Source: Phycisphaerae bacterium (lineage in GTDB: Bacteria > Planctomycetota > Phycisphaerae > Sedimentisphaerales > SM23-30). From it: DNA of 64,000 bases. The stretch lies in contig JAEIOG010000002.1 of the NCBI GenBank assembly GCA_016342495.1, positions 9,320 to 73,319 of the forward strand, given 5' to 3'. This document shows, piece after piece, positions 18,691-27,593 of this stretch (within the stretch, counting starts at the first letter, position 1; each line of letters opens with the position of its first letter). A model generated the notes under the pieces. The model had not been told where the DNA came from. It did no database searches and worked only from the letters and a program-made list of their open reading frames with translations. The position numbers and the translations under genes were made by a program.

Positions 18691-19476
18691 ATGTCTTTAG
18701 GTCAGATCATCAGACAAAAACGTGAATCATTAAAAATGACATTAGATGAAGTATCACGTCACGTGGGTTATTCAAAACCTTATCTTTCGACCATTGAAAC
18801 TGGGCGGGTCAAGAATCCGCCAGCTGATGATTTACTAATTAAGCTTGAGCAAACTTTGCAGTTTACTTCTGGTGATTTACTAAGGATGGCCCATTTGGAA
18901 AAGATGCCAGCTGATGTTCGCCAGGCCTTTGAAAACAATCAGGCTGAGGTGGAATACTGGCGCGGGTTGGTTCGGAAGCTGGCGGCGAATGATGATAATT
19001 TAGCGATTGAAATTGATGAAAAACACGGTCATTTTTTGGGAAAAAACGCAAATAACTGCCAACAAATGTCGATTCCGGGACTTTTGGTGCCCGTAATTAA
19101 TAAGGTTTCGGCGGGATATCCGGTGGATTATGACGATATGGGCTATCCACCTGGTGCGGCGGATGACTATGTACGCTGTCCGGATTTGCATGATGCTAAT
19201 GCTTTTGCGGTACGGGTAGTGGGTGATTCGATGGAGCCAAAGTATAAGCAAGGGGACATCATTGTGTTTTCACCAAATATAAATGTCAATAGCGGCGATG
19301 ACTGTTTTGTGCGGTTGACCGACCCGCATGAGACGACATTTAAGCAGGTGTTTTTTAATGGGGATGGGAAAGTACGTCTTCAGCCTCGTAATCATAAATA
19401 TGCGCCGATGGTATTGCCCGAAGAAAAGATTAATGGGATATATAAGGCGGTTATTCGGTATGAAACGATTACGTGA
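18691..19476 (+). CDS. CI/LexA-type repressor (XRE HTH plus S24 peptidase)
   Basis: N-terminal HTH_3 (SKPYLSTIETG), VSAG Ala-Gly cleavage site, VVGDSMEP catalytic Ser, TTFKQ catalytic Lys; AGGAG RBS. Confidence 0.92.
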   Translation: MSLGQIIRQKRESLKMTLDEVSRHVGYSKPYLSTIETGRVKNPPADDLLIKLEQTLQFTSGDLLRMAHLEKMPADVRQAFENNQAEVEYWRGLVRKLAANDDNLAIEIDEKHGHFLGKNANNCQQMSIPGLLVPVINKVSAGYPVDYDDMGYPPGAADDYVRCPDLHDANAFAVRVVGDSMEPKYKQGDIIVFSPNINVNSGDDCFVRLTDPHETTFKQVFFNGDGKVRLQPRNHKYAPMVLPEEKINGIYKAVIRYETIT

Positions 19477-19504
19477 TTTTGTTTTATTTTTGTTATTTTT
19501 TTGT

Positions 19505-20346
19505 GGCGCTGGTTTGATATGCTGCGGGCGATTGGTTGGTGTTAGTTAGCGAGCTGGGTTGTGGGATTCGCTTTGCTCATGGGTTTGAAGTCCACGTGCT
19601 GGCGCTTGTGGTTATAGTTTGTGTTTGGGTTTTATTTTACAGGGTGGGCAAAGTAGTTGCCCATCTTATGCGACAGTATCTGTTCAATGGTAATGCCGAC
19701 AATATCCTTTAGAGCTGTGGGCAGCATATGGGAATTTCCATCGGTTAACAAGTTAACCGCTGGGTGCCCGTCGCCGTTGAAAGATTATCAGGGGACGATG
19801 AATTGGATGAGGATTGAATTTTGTAGAAGGTATGAGGTATTCGCTTCGCTCATGAAATTTATATCAGCGTGGGCATGGCCCACCCTTTCGTTGGTAGAAT
19901 TGTTTGCCGCTGGCTTTGTTCGCTGGTGCCGTTTGCTTCATGTTTGCGGTTGGGACAGAGTCTGCAAAATGAATTTGTCCATCCTACCTGGCTGGCTACA
20001 TTGGCTGGTCGGTGGGTTGGTGTTAGTTGGCGGGCTTGGTTGTGGGATTCGCTGTGCTCATGGGTTTGACGTCCACGCGCTGGCGCTTGTGGTTATAGTT
20101 TGTGTTTGGGCTAGTTTGATATGCTGCGGGCGATGGGTTAGTGTTGGTTGGCGGGGCTGGTGTTTGTGTTTGAGGCAAAATATGATAGCGGGATAGGTAG
20201 ATGATTTAGCCGGCCTATATGGCTGTGGGCAGCATATGGAAATCCCCGTCGGTTAAGAAGTTAACCGCTGGGTGTCCATCGTTTTTTTGGGTTCATTGAG
20301 ATATTTGATTGGGTTAAGATTAAGACGTTGCATGCAACGTCTCTAC
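19505..20346 (-). repeat. Long inverted-orientation REP-like mosaic with internal direct duplications
   Basis: Reverse complements of the 4.6/13.6/15.7-kb modules at 19505-19630 and 20010-20160; GCTGTGGGCAGCATATGG..TCGGTTAA.AAGTTAACCGCTGGGTG at ~19714 and ~20222; AGACGTTGCATGCAACGTCTCTAC at 20323. Confidence 0.85.
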
Positions 20347-20379
20347 AATTTGGTGGTGTAGCCGAAAAGGAGTAAGGTA

Positions 20380-21546
20380 GTGATTTATACAATTGGTAAT
20401 ATCCGGTTGCCTTTGGCGATAGAAGGGTTTCATAATCTCTTAAATAATACCGGTGTTCCGGCATTGATTATTTTGACGGCGGTGATCTGCGCGATCGTCA
20501 TTAATGCTATTATTTTCAGGATTATCCTGGTCATTAGCAAACGCAGCCGTCATATACCTGATAAATCACCTTCGGATCATTGCCACAAGCCCGGACAATG
20601 GGTATTGATATCCTGTTCATTGTATCTAGCATTGAATTTGATAGACATGGAACAATCGACTCGTAAATTTCTATATCATTTGATAACATTATTTTTAATT
20701 GCTTCTGTCTCCTGGCTGGTCGGGAAGGTGATATATGTGCTTGAAGATTTGGTTCTTAGGAATTTTGACGTAACGGCAAAAGACAACCTTCGGGCCAGAA
20801 AAATTCATACACAGCTAAAAGTATCAAGACGAATTTTAATTATTGTAATTGGAATTATATCAGTCGGTATGATGCTGATGACTTTTGACAAGGTGCGTCA
20901 GTTAGGGACTACGCTGTTAGCATCGGCGGGCATTTTGGGGATTGTTGTCGGGCTTGCCGCCCAACGGACGATCGGCACTTTTATAGCGGGTCTACAGATT
21001 GCTTTTACGCAGCCTATCCGTATTGATGATGTTTTGATCGTAGAAAACGAGTGGGGCCGGGTCGAAGAGATCACCTTAACATACGTTGTTTTGAAGATAT
21101 GGGATCAAAGGCGTTTGATAGTTCCCATTACGTTTTTTATTGAAAAACCATTTCAAAACTGGACAAGGGTTTCATCGGATTTACTTGGCACGGTATTTGT
21201 TTACGTTGACTACACGATACCGGTTGAAAAGGTCAGGGAGCAATTAAAGGTAATTCTTGATAAGTCTGAGCACTGGGATCGAAAGGTGTGTGTATTGCAG
21301 GTTACAAATACAAGTGAGAGAACTATCGAACTGCGGGCATTAATGAGTGCATCGGATGCTTCAATTGCCTGGACGCTGCGCTGCGAGGTGAGAGAGAAAC
21401 TCATCGAATATATTAAAGATCATTATGGCTGGACTCTGCCTAAGGCCCGAGTAGAATTAGAAAAACAATCGATGGCAAATACCGATACAGAAAACGAATT
21501 TCTGAAAGGAAACGATCATGGCAATCTAAAAGACAAAGTTCAATAG
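20380..21546 (+). CDS. MscS family mechanosensitive channel
   Basis: LLASAGILGIVVGLAAQ.T, QPIRIDD, EWGRVEEITLTYVV..IWD.RRL.VP, PFQNWTR; AAGGAG upstream of GTG. Confidence 0.93.
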   Translation: MIYTIGNIRLPLAIEGFHNLLNNTGVPALIILTAVICAIVINAIIFRIILVISKRSRHIPDKSPSDHCHKPGQWVLISCSLYLALNLIDMEQSTRKFLYHLITLFLIASVSWLVGKVIYVLEDLVLRNFDVTAKDNLRARKIHTQLKVSRRILIIVIGIISVGMMLMTFDKVRQLGTTLLASAGILGIVVGLAAQRTIGTFIAGLQIAFTQPIRIDDVLIVENEWGRVEEITLTYVVLKIWDQRRLIVPITFFIEKPFQNWTRVSSDLLGTVFVYVDYTIPVEKVREQLKVILDKSEHWDRKVCVLQVTNTSERTIELRALMSASDASIAWTLRCEVREKLIEYIKDHYGWTLPKARVELEKQSMANTDTENEFLKGNDHGNLKDKVQ

Positions 21547-21618
21547 TAATAAATCCTGGTAGTTAAGGTGAGCGGTAAACTATCAAAGGTTTGGAGAGTT
21601 ATCAGAGTAAAATTATTG

Positions 21619-21808
21619 GTAACATTTTAGCGACATGTAGCAAAGGCGACAATTGACCAACAGACAGCTGGTAGCGGCAGCGCCCAGCTAAAAAACGCAA
21701 ATTGTGTTTTAATGCTAAAATCACTTTAATCATCATGTAATGTAGCATAGTGCCTTAGCACGGCGCTACCGCTTCGTGCTGTTTTGCTCCAGATCGCTAA
21801 AATGTTAC
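21619..21808 (-). mobile_element. 190-bp MITE, copy 2 (inverted relative to copy 1)
   Basis: Perfect 15-bp TIRs GTAACATTTTAGCGA/TCGCTAAAATGTTAC; 8-bp target duplication AATTATTG (21611-21618 and 21809-21816). Confidence 0.92.
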
Positions 21809-22302
21809 AATTATTGTCAGTTGCTAAATATTATTACAATAAATCGACGTAAGCTTCCGAGCAACCAGTGGGACCAGCTAAGGCAGATAAACCATTTGTT
21901 AATGATGTGACGACCAAGACTATAGAGGAATTGGTTTCCTGGTGGGTTGTGTTTTTTGGCAAAGGGGGGAGTTTGATTGTCACTTGAGCACCCGGGGAGT
22001 TATGGTGTACCCAGCTGTGGAGTTTGGTGATTATTGGACCTGGGGATGATTAATATTGCAAAAGAGTAAGTTTTTGGTGTTGCCAACGGGGCCGGTGGGG
22101 TTATATAATTTAATGTTAATGCTTATTTTTAGTAAGTTTACGCTGATAAAAGGTATATTATAATGGTTTTATGTTGACCTGCGGATATGTAAGCTATAAA
22201 CTCAAGCGCTTTCGATTGTTTTATAATAGGTATAATAGCCGATGATATTAACATAAGATGTCCAGAACCGGATAGAGAAAGACAGTAAATATAAAAGATA
22301 GC

Positions 22303-22421
22303 GTAACATTTTAGCGACCTGGAGCAACCAGTGATGATTGGCAAGAAATAAGATTTTCTATCTAACCAACACACTATGGGGACAAGCTGGGAGCTTATCC
22401 TACCTATAGCTAAAATATTAC
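22303..22421 (+). mobile_element. 119-bp MITE with the same ends and a different interior
   Basis: GTAACATTTTAGCGACCTGGAGCAA ... TAGCTAAAATATTAC; 8-bp target duplication AAGATAGC (22295-22302 and 22422-22429). Confidence 0.88.
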
Positions 22422-22508
22422 AAGATAGCCATTGCGATGGAAATATCATAATAATAACCGACCAATACATAGAATTAGCATAAACTGTTGATTCAGAAGG
22501 ACTTATGG

Positions 22509-23390
22509 ATGGCCAACAAGGCGGAAAAGAGTTTCGCAAACGACTTTAGGAAATTTTTTCTGAAGGGTCTGGCAACATTATTGCCAACGGTATTGACCAT
22601 TATTTTGCTGATTAAAGGCTATGAATTTATTCAGGAGAACATAAGCGTTCATATCACCGAGGGGGTAATTAAGCTGGTAGTAAACTCAACAGACAGCTAT
22701 CCGGTTGTTGACCCTGAAGAATTACCTGAATTTTACCGGAGTAACCCTGATATATCGATAGAGCAAAAAAGTAGTATGACCCCGGAAGAAGCGTTAAGAA
22801 GTAAAGCTGTTCGCAGTTGGAAAATGAGCGAACAATGGAATCAATGGCCCAGATCGCTGGTAGGTTTTGTGCTGGCGGTGCTATTGGTGTATATTGTCGG
22901 CCGGGTGCTGGCATCGTTTCTAGGTCGCCGCCTGTGGCAGATGTTTGAACATGGCGTAGCGCGAGTTCCAGGTTTTAAGCAGGTTTATCCACATATTAAA
23001 CAGGTAACCGAGTTTTTCTTTGGGGAAAACAAGGTTCAGTTTAATCGGGTGGTGGCGGTGCAATACCCCAGGGCAGGTTTATGGTCGATAGGATTAGTGA
23101 CCGGTAGTGGCATGAACTATATCAATGAAACGCAAAAGGAGCAGTATTTGACGATATTTGTTCCAAGTTCACCAACCCCGGTAACCGGTTATATAATACA
23201 CGCCAAACGGGACGAGGTACTGGACCTTCCAATGACAATAGATGAGGCATTTAGATTCACGATAAGTGGTGGAGTAATTGTTCCGGAACATCAATTGGTT
23301 CCTGGTAGCCATAAGGAATTTCCAGCGGTGGCGGAATTGATAAGAAAACAAGAGATTAAGAACGAAACTGAAACTAAAAATGAAGATTAA
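22509..23390 (+). CDS. DUF502 family membrane protein
   Basis: FF.KGL..LLP..LT, RVPG.K.VY..IKQ, VAVQYPR.G.WSIG.VTG, FVPSSPTPVTGY, AFRF.ISGG; AAGGA RBS before ATG 22509. Confidence 0.88.
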   Translation: MANKAEKSFANDFRKFFLKGLATLLPTVLTIILLIKGYEFIQENISVHITEGVIKLVVNSTDSYPVVDPEELPEFYRSNPDISIEQKSSMTPEEALRSKAVRSWKMSEQWNQWPRSLVGFVLAVLLVYIVGRVLASFLGRRLWQMFEHGVARVPGFKQVYPHIKQVTEFFFGENKVQFNRVVAVQYPRAGLWSIGLVTGSGMNYINETQKEQYLTIFVPSSPTPVTGYIIHAKRDEVLDLPMTIDEAFRFTISGGVIVPEHQLVPGSHKEFPAVAELIRKQEIKNETETKNED

Positions 23391-23455
23391 TCTGTCAGAA
23401 CCTAGCAGAGGCAAGGTATGGCAGACAGTTACAAACAAGATAGGAGAACCTGCTA

Positions 23456-23827
23456 ATGATCACTAATATTACCGGCAGACACATTGAAATAACTGAAGCA
23501 ATCAAAACTCACATTGAAAAGAAAGTAAAAAAACTCAGCAAATACAATCAAAGGCTGGCAGAAATAGATGTAGTAGTTGAAACCGAAGGCAAAGGCTGCA
23601 AAGTCGAGATTATTGTCAAAGCCGACAATCATCAGCCATTTGTAGTTCATGAAAATGATAAAGACGCATATACCGCATTGGATTTGTGCATAGATAAGAT
23701 AGAACGTCAACTCAGAAAACATAAAGAAATCGTTCATAATCATAAGGATCAGGTTTCAACGGCGGAAGCGGTAGCTGGAGTAATTGAATCACAGGAAGCA
23801 GAAGCTGAGGCCAATGAACTGGAATAG
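23456..23827 (+). CDS. hpf: Ribosome hibernation promoting factor (HPF/RaiA)
   Basis: ITGRHIEITEAIK.HIE.K..KL.KY; D.Y.A.D..IDKIERQLRKHKE. Confidence 0.92.
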   Translation: MITNITGRHIEITEAIKTHIEKKVKKLSKYNQRLAEIDVVVETEGKGCKVEIIVKADNHQPFVVHENDKDAYTALDLCIDKIERQLRKHKEIVHNHKDQVSTAEAVAGVIESQEAEAEANELE

Positions 23828-24139
23828 ACAAAAACGATGCGGATAATGCGGATTTAGCGTATTTTCGTAGATAATTAAAATAATCCGCAATAATTTGCGA
23901 TTACGAGTTTTCAATTATTCAAGCTTAATTACAGGCAAGCAGTAAAGTTTGTGCTGGTTTTGGTTGCTAAATTGGGAAGAATCAGGTTTCCCCCTGATGA
24001 TAGAGGTTAAAAAGCTTTATTTGATTGGGAAAACCTGAGAAATAGAGTATAATATGTCCGAAACAATTGGAGTTTCGGACTGCATGAAGTTTTTATCAGA
24101 TCATCGGGCATTTGTCACGATGATCCGGAGTATTTACAA

Positions 24140-24616
24140 ATGAAATTGATGGATTTTATGGTACCAGACGCATTGGTGCCTGAATTACAGTCAGCGAATC
24201 GGGATGATATTGTCAACGAACTGGTTGATTCACTGGTCAAAGCAGGCAAAGTTTCGACAAAGGACCGTGACGATATAGTCGAACAGCTAATTGAACGTGA
24301 ACGTCAGGGATCAACCGGGATCGGCAAGGGCATAGCAGTGCCACACATCAAGCACCCTTCGGTAAAAAGCATAATAGGCACTATAGGTTGCAGTACTGAA
24401 GGTATTGATTTTAATTCGCTGGATAAGGCTCCGGTATATTCGGTATTATTGCTATTGAGTCCGCCAAATAACCCTGATCAGCATCTTGAAGCCATGGAAA
24501 AACTTTTCTCGCACCTGCAAAGGGATATGTTCCGCAAATTCTTACGTCAGGCCCAGAGCACTGAAGACATTGTAGATTTGCTAAAAGAAGCAGATGATGG
24601 GCGTAATGAGCTTTAG
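24140..24616 (+). CDS. PTS EIIA component (Fru/Ntr type)
   Basis: ERE..GSTGIGKGIAVPH (phospho-His), GIDFNSLD..PV, HL. Confidence 0.92.
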   Translation: MKLMDFMVPDALVPELQSANRDDIVNELVDSLVKAGKVSTKDRDDIVEQLIERERQGSTGIGKGIAVPHIKHPSVKSIIGTIGCSTEGIDFNSLDKAPVYSVLLLLSPPNNPDQHLEAMEKLFSHLQRDMFRKFLRQAQSTEDIVDLLKEADDGRNEL

Positions 24617-24649
24617 AAGTGAAAAGAATAAGATAACTGGTAAGATCAA

Positions 24650-24931
24650 ATGGCATTGAATCCCTCAGATAAAATAGTAAAAGAAGTGCAGGTGCTAATC
24701 GAAGAAGGATTACACATGCGTCCGGCAATGCAACTTGTTGAATGTGCAAACAAATATGATTCATCGGTATCATTGTCAAATGGCAAGACCGAAGTCGATG
24801 GCAAAAGTATAATGCAAGTGACAATGTTGGCAGCAACCAAAGGCACAATGCTGACGCTAAGCGCCAGTGGGTCAGATGCTCACCAGCAAGTCGAAGCGTT
24901 GGCACTGATCATTGAAGACAAAGTAAAATAA
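24650..24931 (+). CDS. ptsH: Phosphocarrier protein HPr
   Basis: GLHMRPA (His15) and DGKSIMQV (Ser46). Confidence 0.93.
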   Translation: MALNPSDKIVKEVQVLIEEGLHMRPAMQLVECANKYDSSVSLSNGKTEVDGKSIMQVTMLAATKGTMLTLSASGSDAHQQVEALALIIEDKVK

Positions 24932-24932
24932 T

Positions 24933-26672
24933 ATGGAAATATTAAAAGGCATAGGCGTATCACATGGCGTAGCGATCTGCTCGGCGGTGGTTCTAGATGC
25001 TGAAGAGGTACGGATACCTCAGCGTCACGTAGTTCCCAGTAAAACCGAAGTAGAGATTCAACGTCTGCGCAAAGCTTTTTTGGATGCCACTCAGGAAGTT
25101 TCCAATTTAAGGGTATCCCAGTCGGATCAATGGGACAGTCGAATCAAAGATATTTTTGCCGTACATTTACATTTTTTGCGTGATAAAACCCTGCGAAAAA
25201 AAATAGATGACCTGCTGGCAGAGAAATGTTATACGGCGGAATATGCGGTAAGTTTTGTGATGCGTGAAATTGCCCAGCATTTTTCTAATGAAAAAGATGC
25301 TTATATTTCTGAGCGTGCCAATGACATTATCGATATTGAGAAACGCCTGTTAAGGCATTTATTAGGGGAAAAACGTAAAGATCTCAAAAATCTGCGTGAT
25401 CCGGTAGTGGTGGTTGGCTATGACCTTAGCCCAACTCAGACCGCCAGTTTCGACAAGCGTTATATTAAAGGTTTTGCTATCGATGCCGGTGGTCGAACAT
25501 CCCATACAGCAATTGTCGCAAAGACTCTCGGGATACCAGCGGTAGTGGCACTGGGAAATATCAGCACTCTGGTGACATCAGGGGATACGGTGATAGTTGA
25601 TGGGACCCGTGGTCGGGTTGTGATCAATCCTGATGAAGAAACCATAGCTGAATATCGGGCATTTGCCGCAGACATCCTTCAGGCTTCCATCGAACTAGAT
25701 GTTCTAAAGGACATGCCAGCAGAGACACTCGATGGAGAAATTATCGAGCTGATGGCCAACATTGAATTTCCCAAAGAGGCCTTGACTACTTTGGAAAAAG
25801 GCGGAGATGGAATAGGTCTATATCGCACCGAGTTTTTATATCTGGATGCACCGAAGGAGCCAGAGGAAGAAACCCAATACAAAGTGTATGTTGAGACCCT
25901 GAAGAATATGGGCGACAAACCGGTTACGTTTCGGACAGTGGATTTAGGCGGTGATAAATTTCCGCGTAATATAAAGATGATTCGAGAAAAGAACCCATAT
26001 CTGGGTCTACGGTCAATACGATATTGTTTGCAGCATATGGACATGTTCAAGACTCAGATAAGAGCATTGCTTAGAGCATCGGTGCATGGCAAGACAAAAA
26101 TCATGTTTCCATTAATAACAAATCTGATGGAATTACGTCAGGCAAAATGGGTAGTTGCAGATGTAAAAGAAGACCTTGAAGAACAAGGTATCCCATTTGA
26201 CGATAATGTTGAGATTGGCATTATGATCGAAACACCGGCAGCGGCCCTTACCGCTGACAGTCTGGCCGACGAAGTTGATTTTTTCAGTATTGGTACAAAT
26301 GACCTGATCCAATACACCCTGGCGGTTGACCGTGTCAATGAGAAGGTAGCATCGCTATATAGTCCATTGCATCCGGCGGTTTTACAATTGCTCAGAAAAA
26401 TTGTGAAAGTGGCCAAGCGTTCGCGCATTGATCTGAGTCTCTGTGGTGAGATGGCATCGGAGCCGGAATTTACGCCATTATTGCTGGGTCTGGGATTTGA
26501 CACCTTATCGCTGGCAGCGCCGATGATACCAGAAATCAAACAGATAATACGATCAGTATCTATGGAATATTGTCGAGATGTTGCCCGAAGAGCATTAAAA
26601 TTCGACACCGATACACAAACAATCAGCTACTTACGCGAAGAGCTGCGAAAAATACAAAAAAGGGAAATATGA
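24933..26672 (+). CDS. ptsI: Phosphoenolpyruvate-protein phosphotransferase (PTS enzyme I)
   Basis: GGRTSHTAI, GIGLYRTEFL, E.NP.LGLRSIR, IMIETPAAA, FFSIGTNDLIQYTLAVDR, LCGEMA. Confidence 0.97.
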   Translation: MEILKGIGVSHGVAICSAVVLDAEEVRIPQRHVVPSKTEVEIQRLRKAFLDATQEVSNLRVSQSDQWDSRIKDIFAVHLHFLRDKTLRKKIDDLLAEKCYTAEYAVSFVMREIAQHFSNEKDAYISERANDIIDIEKRLLRHLLGEKRKDLKNLRDPVVVVGYDLSPTQTASFDKRYIKGFAIDAGGRTSHTAIVAKTLGIPAVVALGNISTLVTSGDTVIVDGTRGRVVINPDEETIAEYRAFAADILQASIELDVLKDMPAETLDGEIIELMANIEFPKEALTTLEKGGDGIGLYRTEFLYLDAPKEPEEETQYKVYVETLKNMGDKPVTFRTVDLGGDKFPRNIKMIREKNPYLGLRSIRYCLQHMDMFKTQIRALLRASVHGKTKIMFPLITNLMELRQAKWVVADVKEDLEEQGIPFDDNVEIGIMIETPAAALTADSLADEVDFFSIGTNDLIQYTLAVDRVNEKVASLYSPLHPAVLQLLRKIVKVAKRSRIDLSLCGEMASEPEFTPLLLGLGFDTLSLAAPMIPEIKQIIRSVSMEYCRDVARRALKFDTDTQTISYLREELRKIQKREI

Positions 26673-27367
26673 CAGATAATCCAATCGGTTCTGAGGTTCA
26701 GAAATATCGGCTGGTATTATGGTTTACGATTAAAAGGGACAGGAGATTTCTGTCGCATCGTGATACAGTAAAACTTTGGCAGCAGACATTTAGTCGCTGT
26801 GAGGTACCTTTGCGGTATACTCAGGGTTTTAATCCGCGAATTCGTTTATCATTGCCAATGCCGCGTAATGTCGCAATTGCTTCAGATTGCGAGCTTCTGA
26901 TCGTCGAACTGACCGAACAACTTGAAATTGATTCGTTTATCGCTAAGATCAACGCGAATTTGCCAGCGAACATTGAAGTGACACATGGTCGCTATGCAGC
27001 TTTTGATGAGCCCTTGTACCCAACGGGCTGCACATATGCTCTTAGTATAGCTAAGGAAGCTGATTTGGCAAAAATAGCGGGCAACATTGATAAATTTAAT
27101 GCAATGGAAAAGTTGGTTTTTACCCGTCCGTCTCGAGGTCGCCATCCAGTTAAATATTTAGATCTTAAGGTAACAGTTGGTTCTTTGGAACTGAATGGCA
27201 ATACCATCAATTTAAGCATGAATATATTTCGTACTGGCACCAGCAGGATTGATGAATTAATGAGTATGCTGGGAATTGATATGATAAAGGATATAACTTT
27301 TATCCAGAGAACAAAAGCTGTATTTGGCAAACAGATAGAGCTGGAACAGAATATAGAAATAATTTAA
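26669..27367 (+). CDS. TIGR03936/DUF2344 radical-SAM-associated protein
   Basis: RFLSH.D....W...F.R..VPL.YTQGFNPR.RLS; ATGA overlap with the ptsI stop; usual position before rne. Confidence 0.82.
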   Translation: MTDNPIGSEVQKYRLVLWFTIKRDRRFLSHRDTVKLWQQTFSRCEVPLRYTQGFNPRIRLSLPMPRNVAIASDCELLIVELTEQLEIDSFIAKINANLPANIEVTHGRYAAFDEPLYPTGCTYALSIAKEADLAKIAGNIDKFNAMEKLVFTRPSRGRHPVKYLDLKVTVGSLELNGNTINLSMNIFRTGTSRIDELMSMLGIDMIKDITFIQRTKAVFGKQIELEQNIEII

Positions 27368-27593
27368 AAGTGAAAAGTTGAGATATTTATAAAAATATAT
27401 TCTGCTTAGGTTATGGCAACAGGTTTCAGGTTTTTAATTGGCATAGCTACCCTGAAAACCATTAATTTGTAATAACGAAGCTACAACTAATTTTTCACTA
27501 TAAAAAAGAAAATCACCGCCAACAGTGGCGTATACCAATACAATGTACCCAGGGCGAAAGCTTTAAAGGGTAAAACAAATTGAAAGGACAATC

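Noticed and set aside
19657-20196. 179-aa ORF on the + strand (also 4640-5038, 7713-7922, 12190-12483, 15481-15741)
   Set aside because: These translate repeat mosaics or the antisense strand of real genes, with odd composition and no RBS or recognisable domain
4447-20280. GTTAAC palindromes as integron attC sites
   Set aside because: Too short, they do not match the RYYYAAC...GTTRRRY ends, they lie upstream rather than downstream of ORFs, and no integrase is present
12041-20346. Repeat clusters as a CRISPR array
   Set aside because: Units vary in length and order, there is no constant repeat-spacer period, and no cas genes are present
13771-21808. Composite transposon or inversion bounded by the two inverted MITEs
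   Set aside because: Each copy has its own intact and different 8-bp target duplication, indicating independent insertions with no net exchange of flanks
22138-22539. 133-aa minus-strand ORF
   Set aside because: It runs through the 119-bp MITE and the DUF502 upstream region and shows no recognisable features
16398-22993. Perfect DnaA boxes (TTATCCACA) near 16398 and 22985 as proof of oriC
   Set aside because: Single copies inside coding regions; near-matches at about 10942 and 11968 are too sparse to call a cluster
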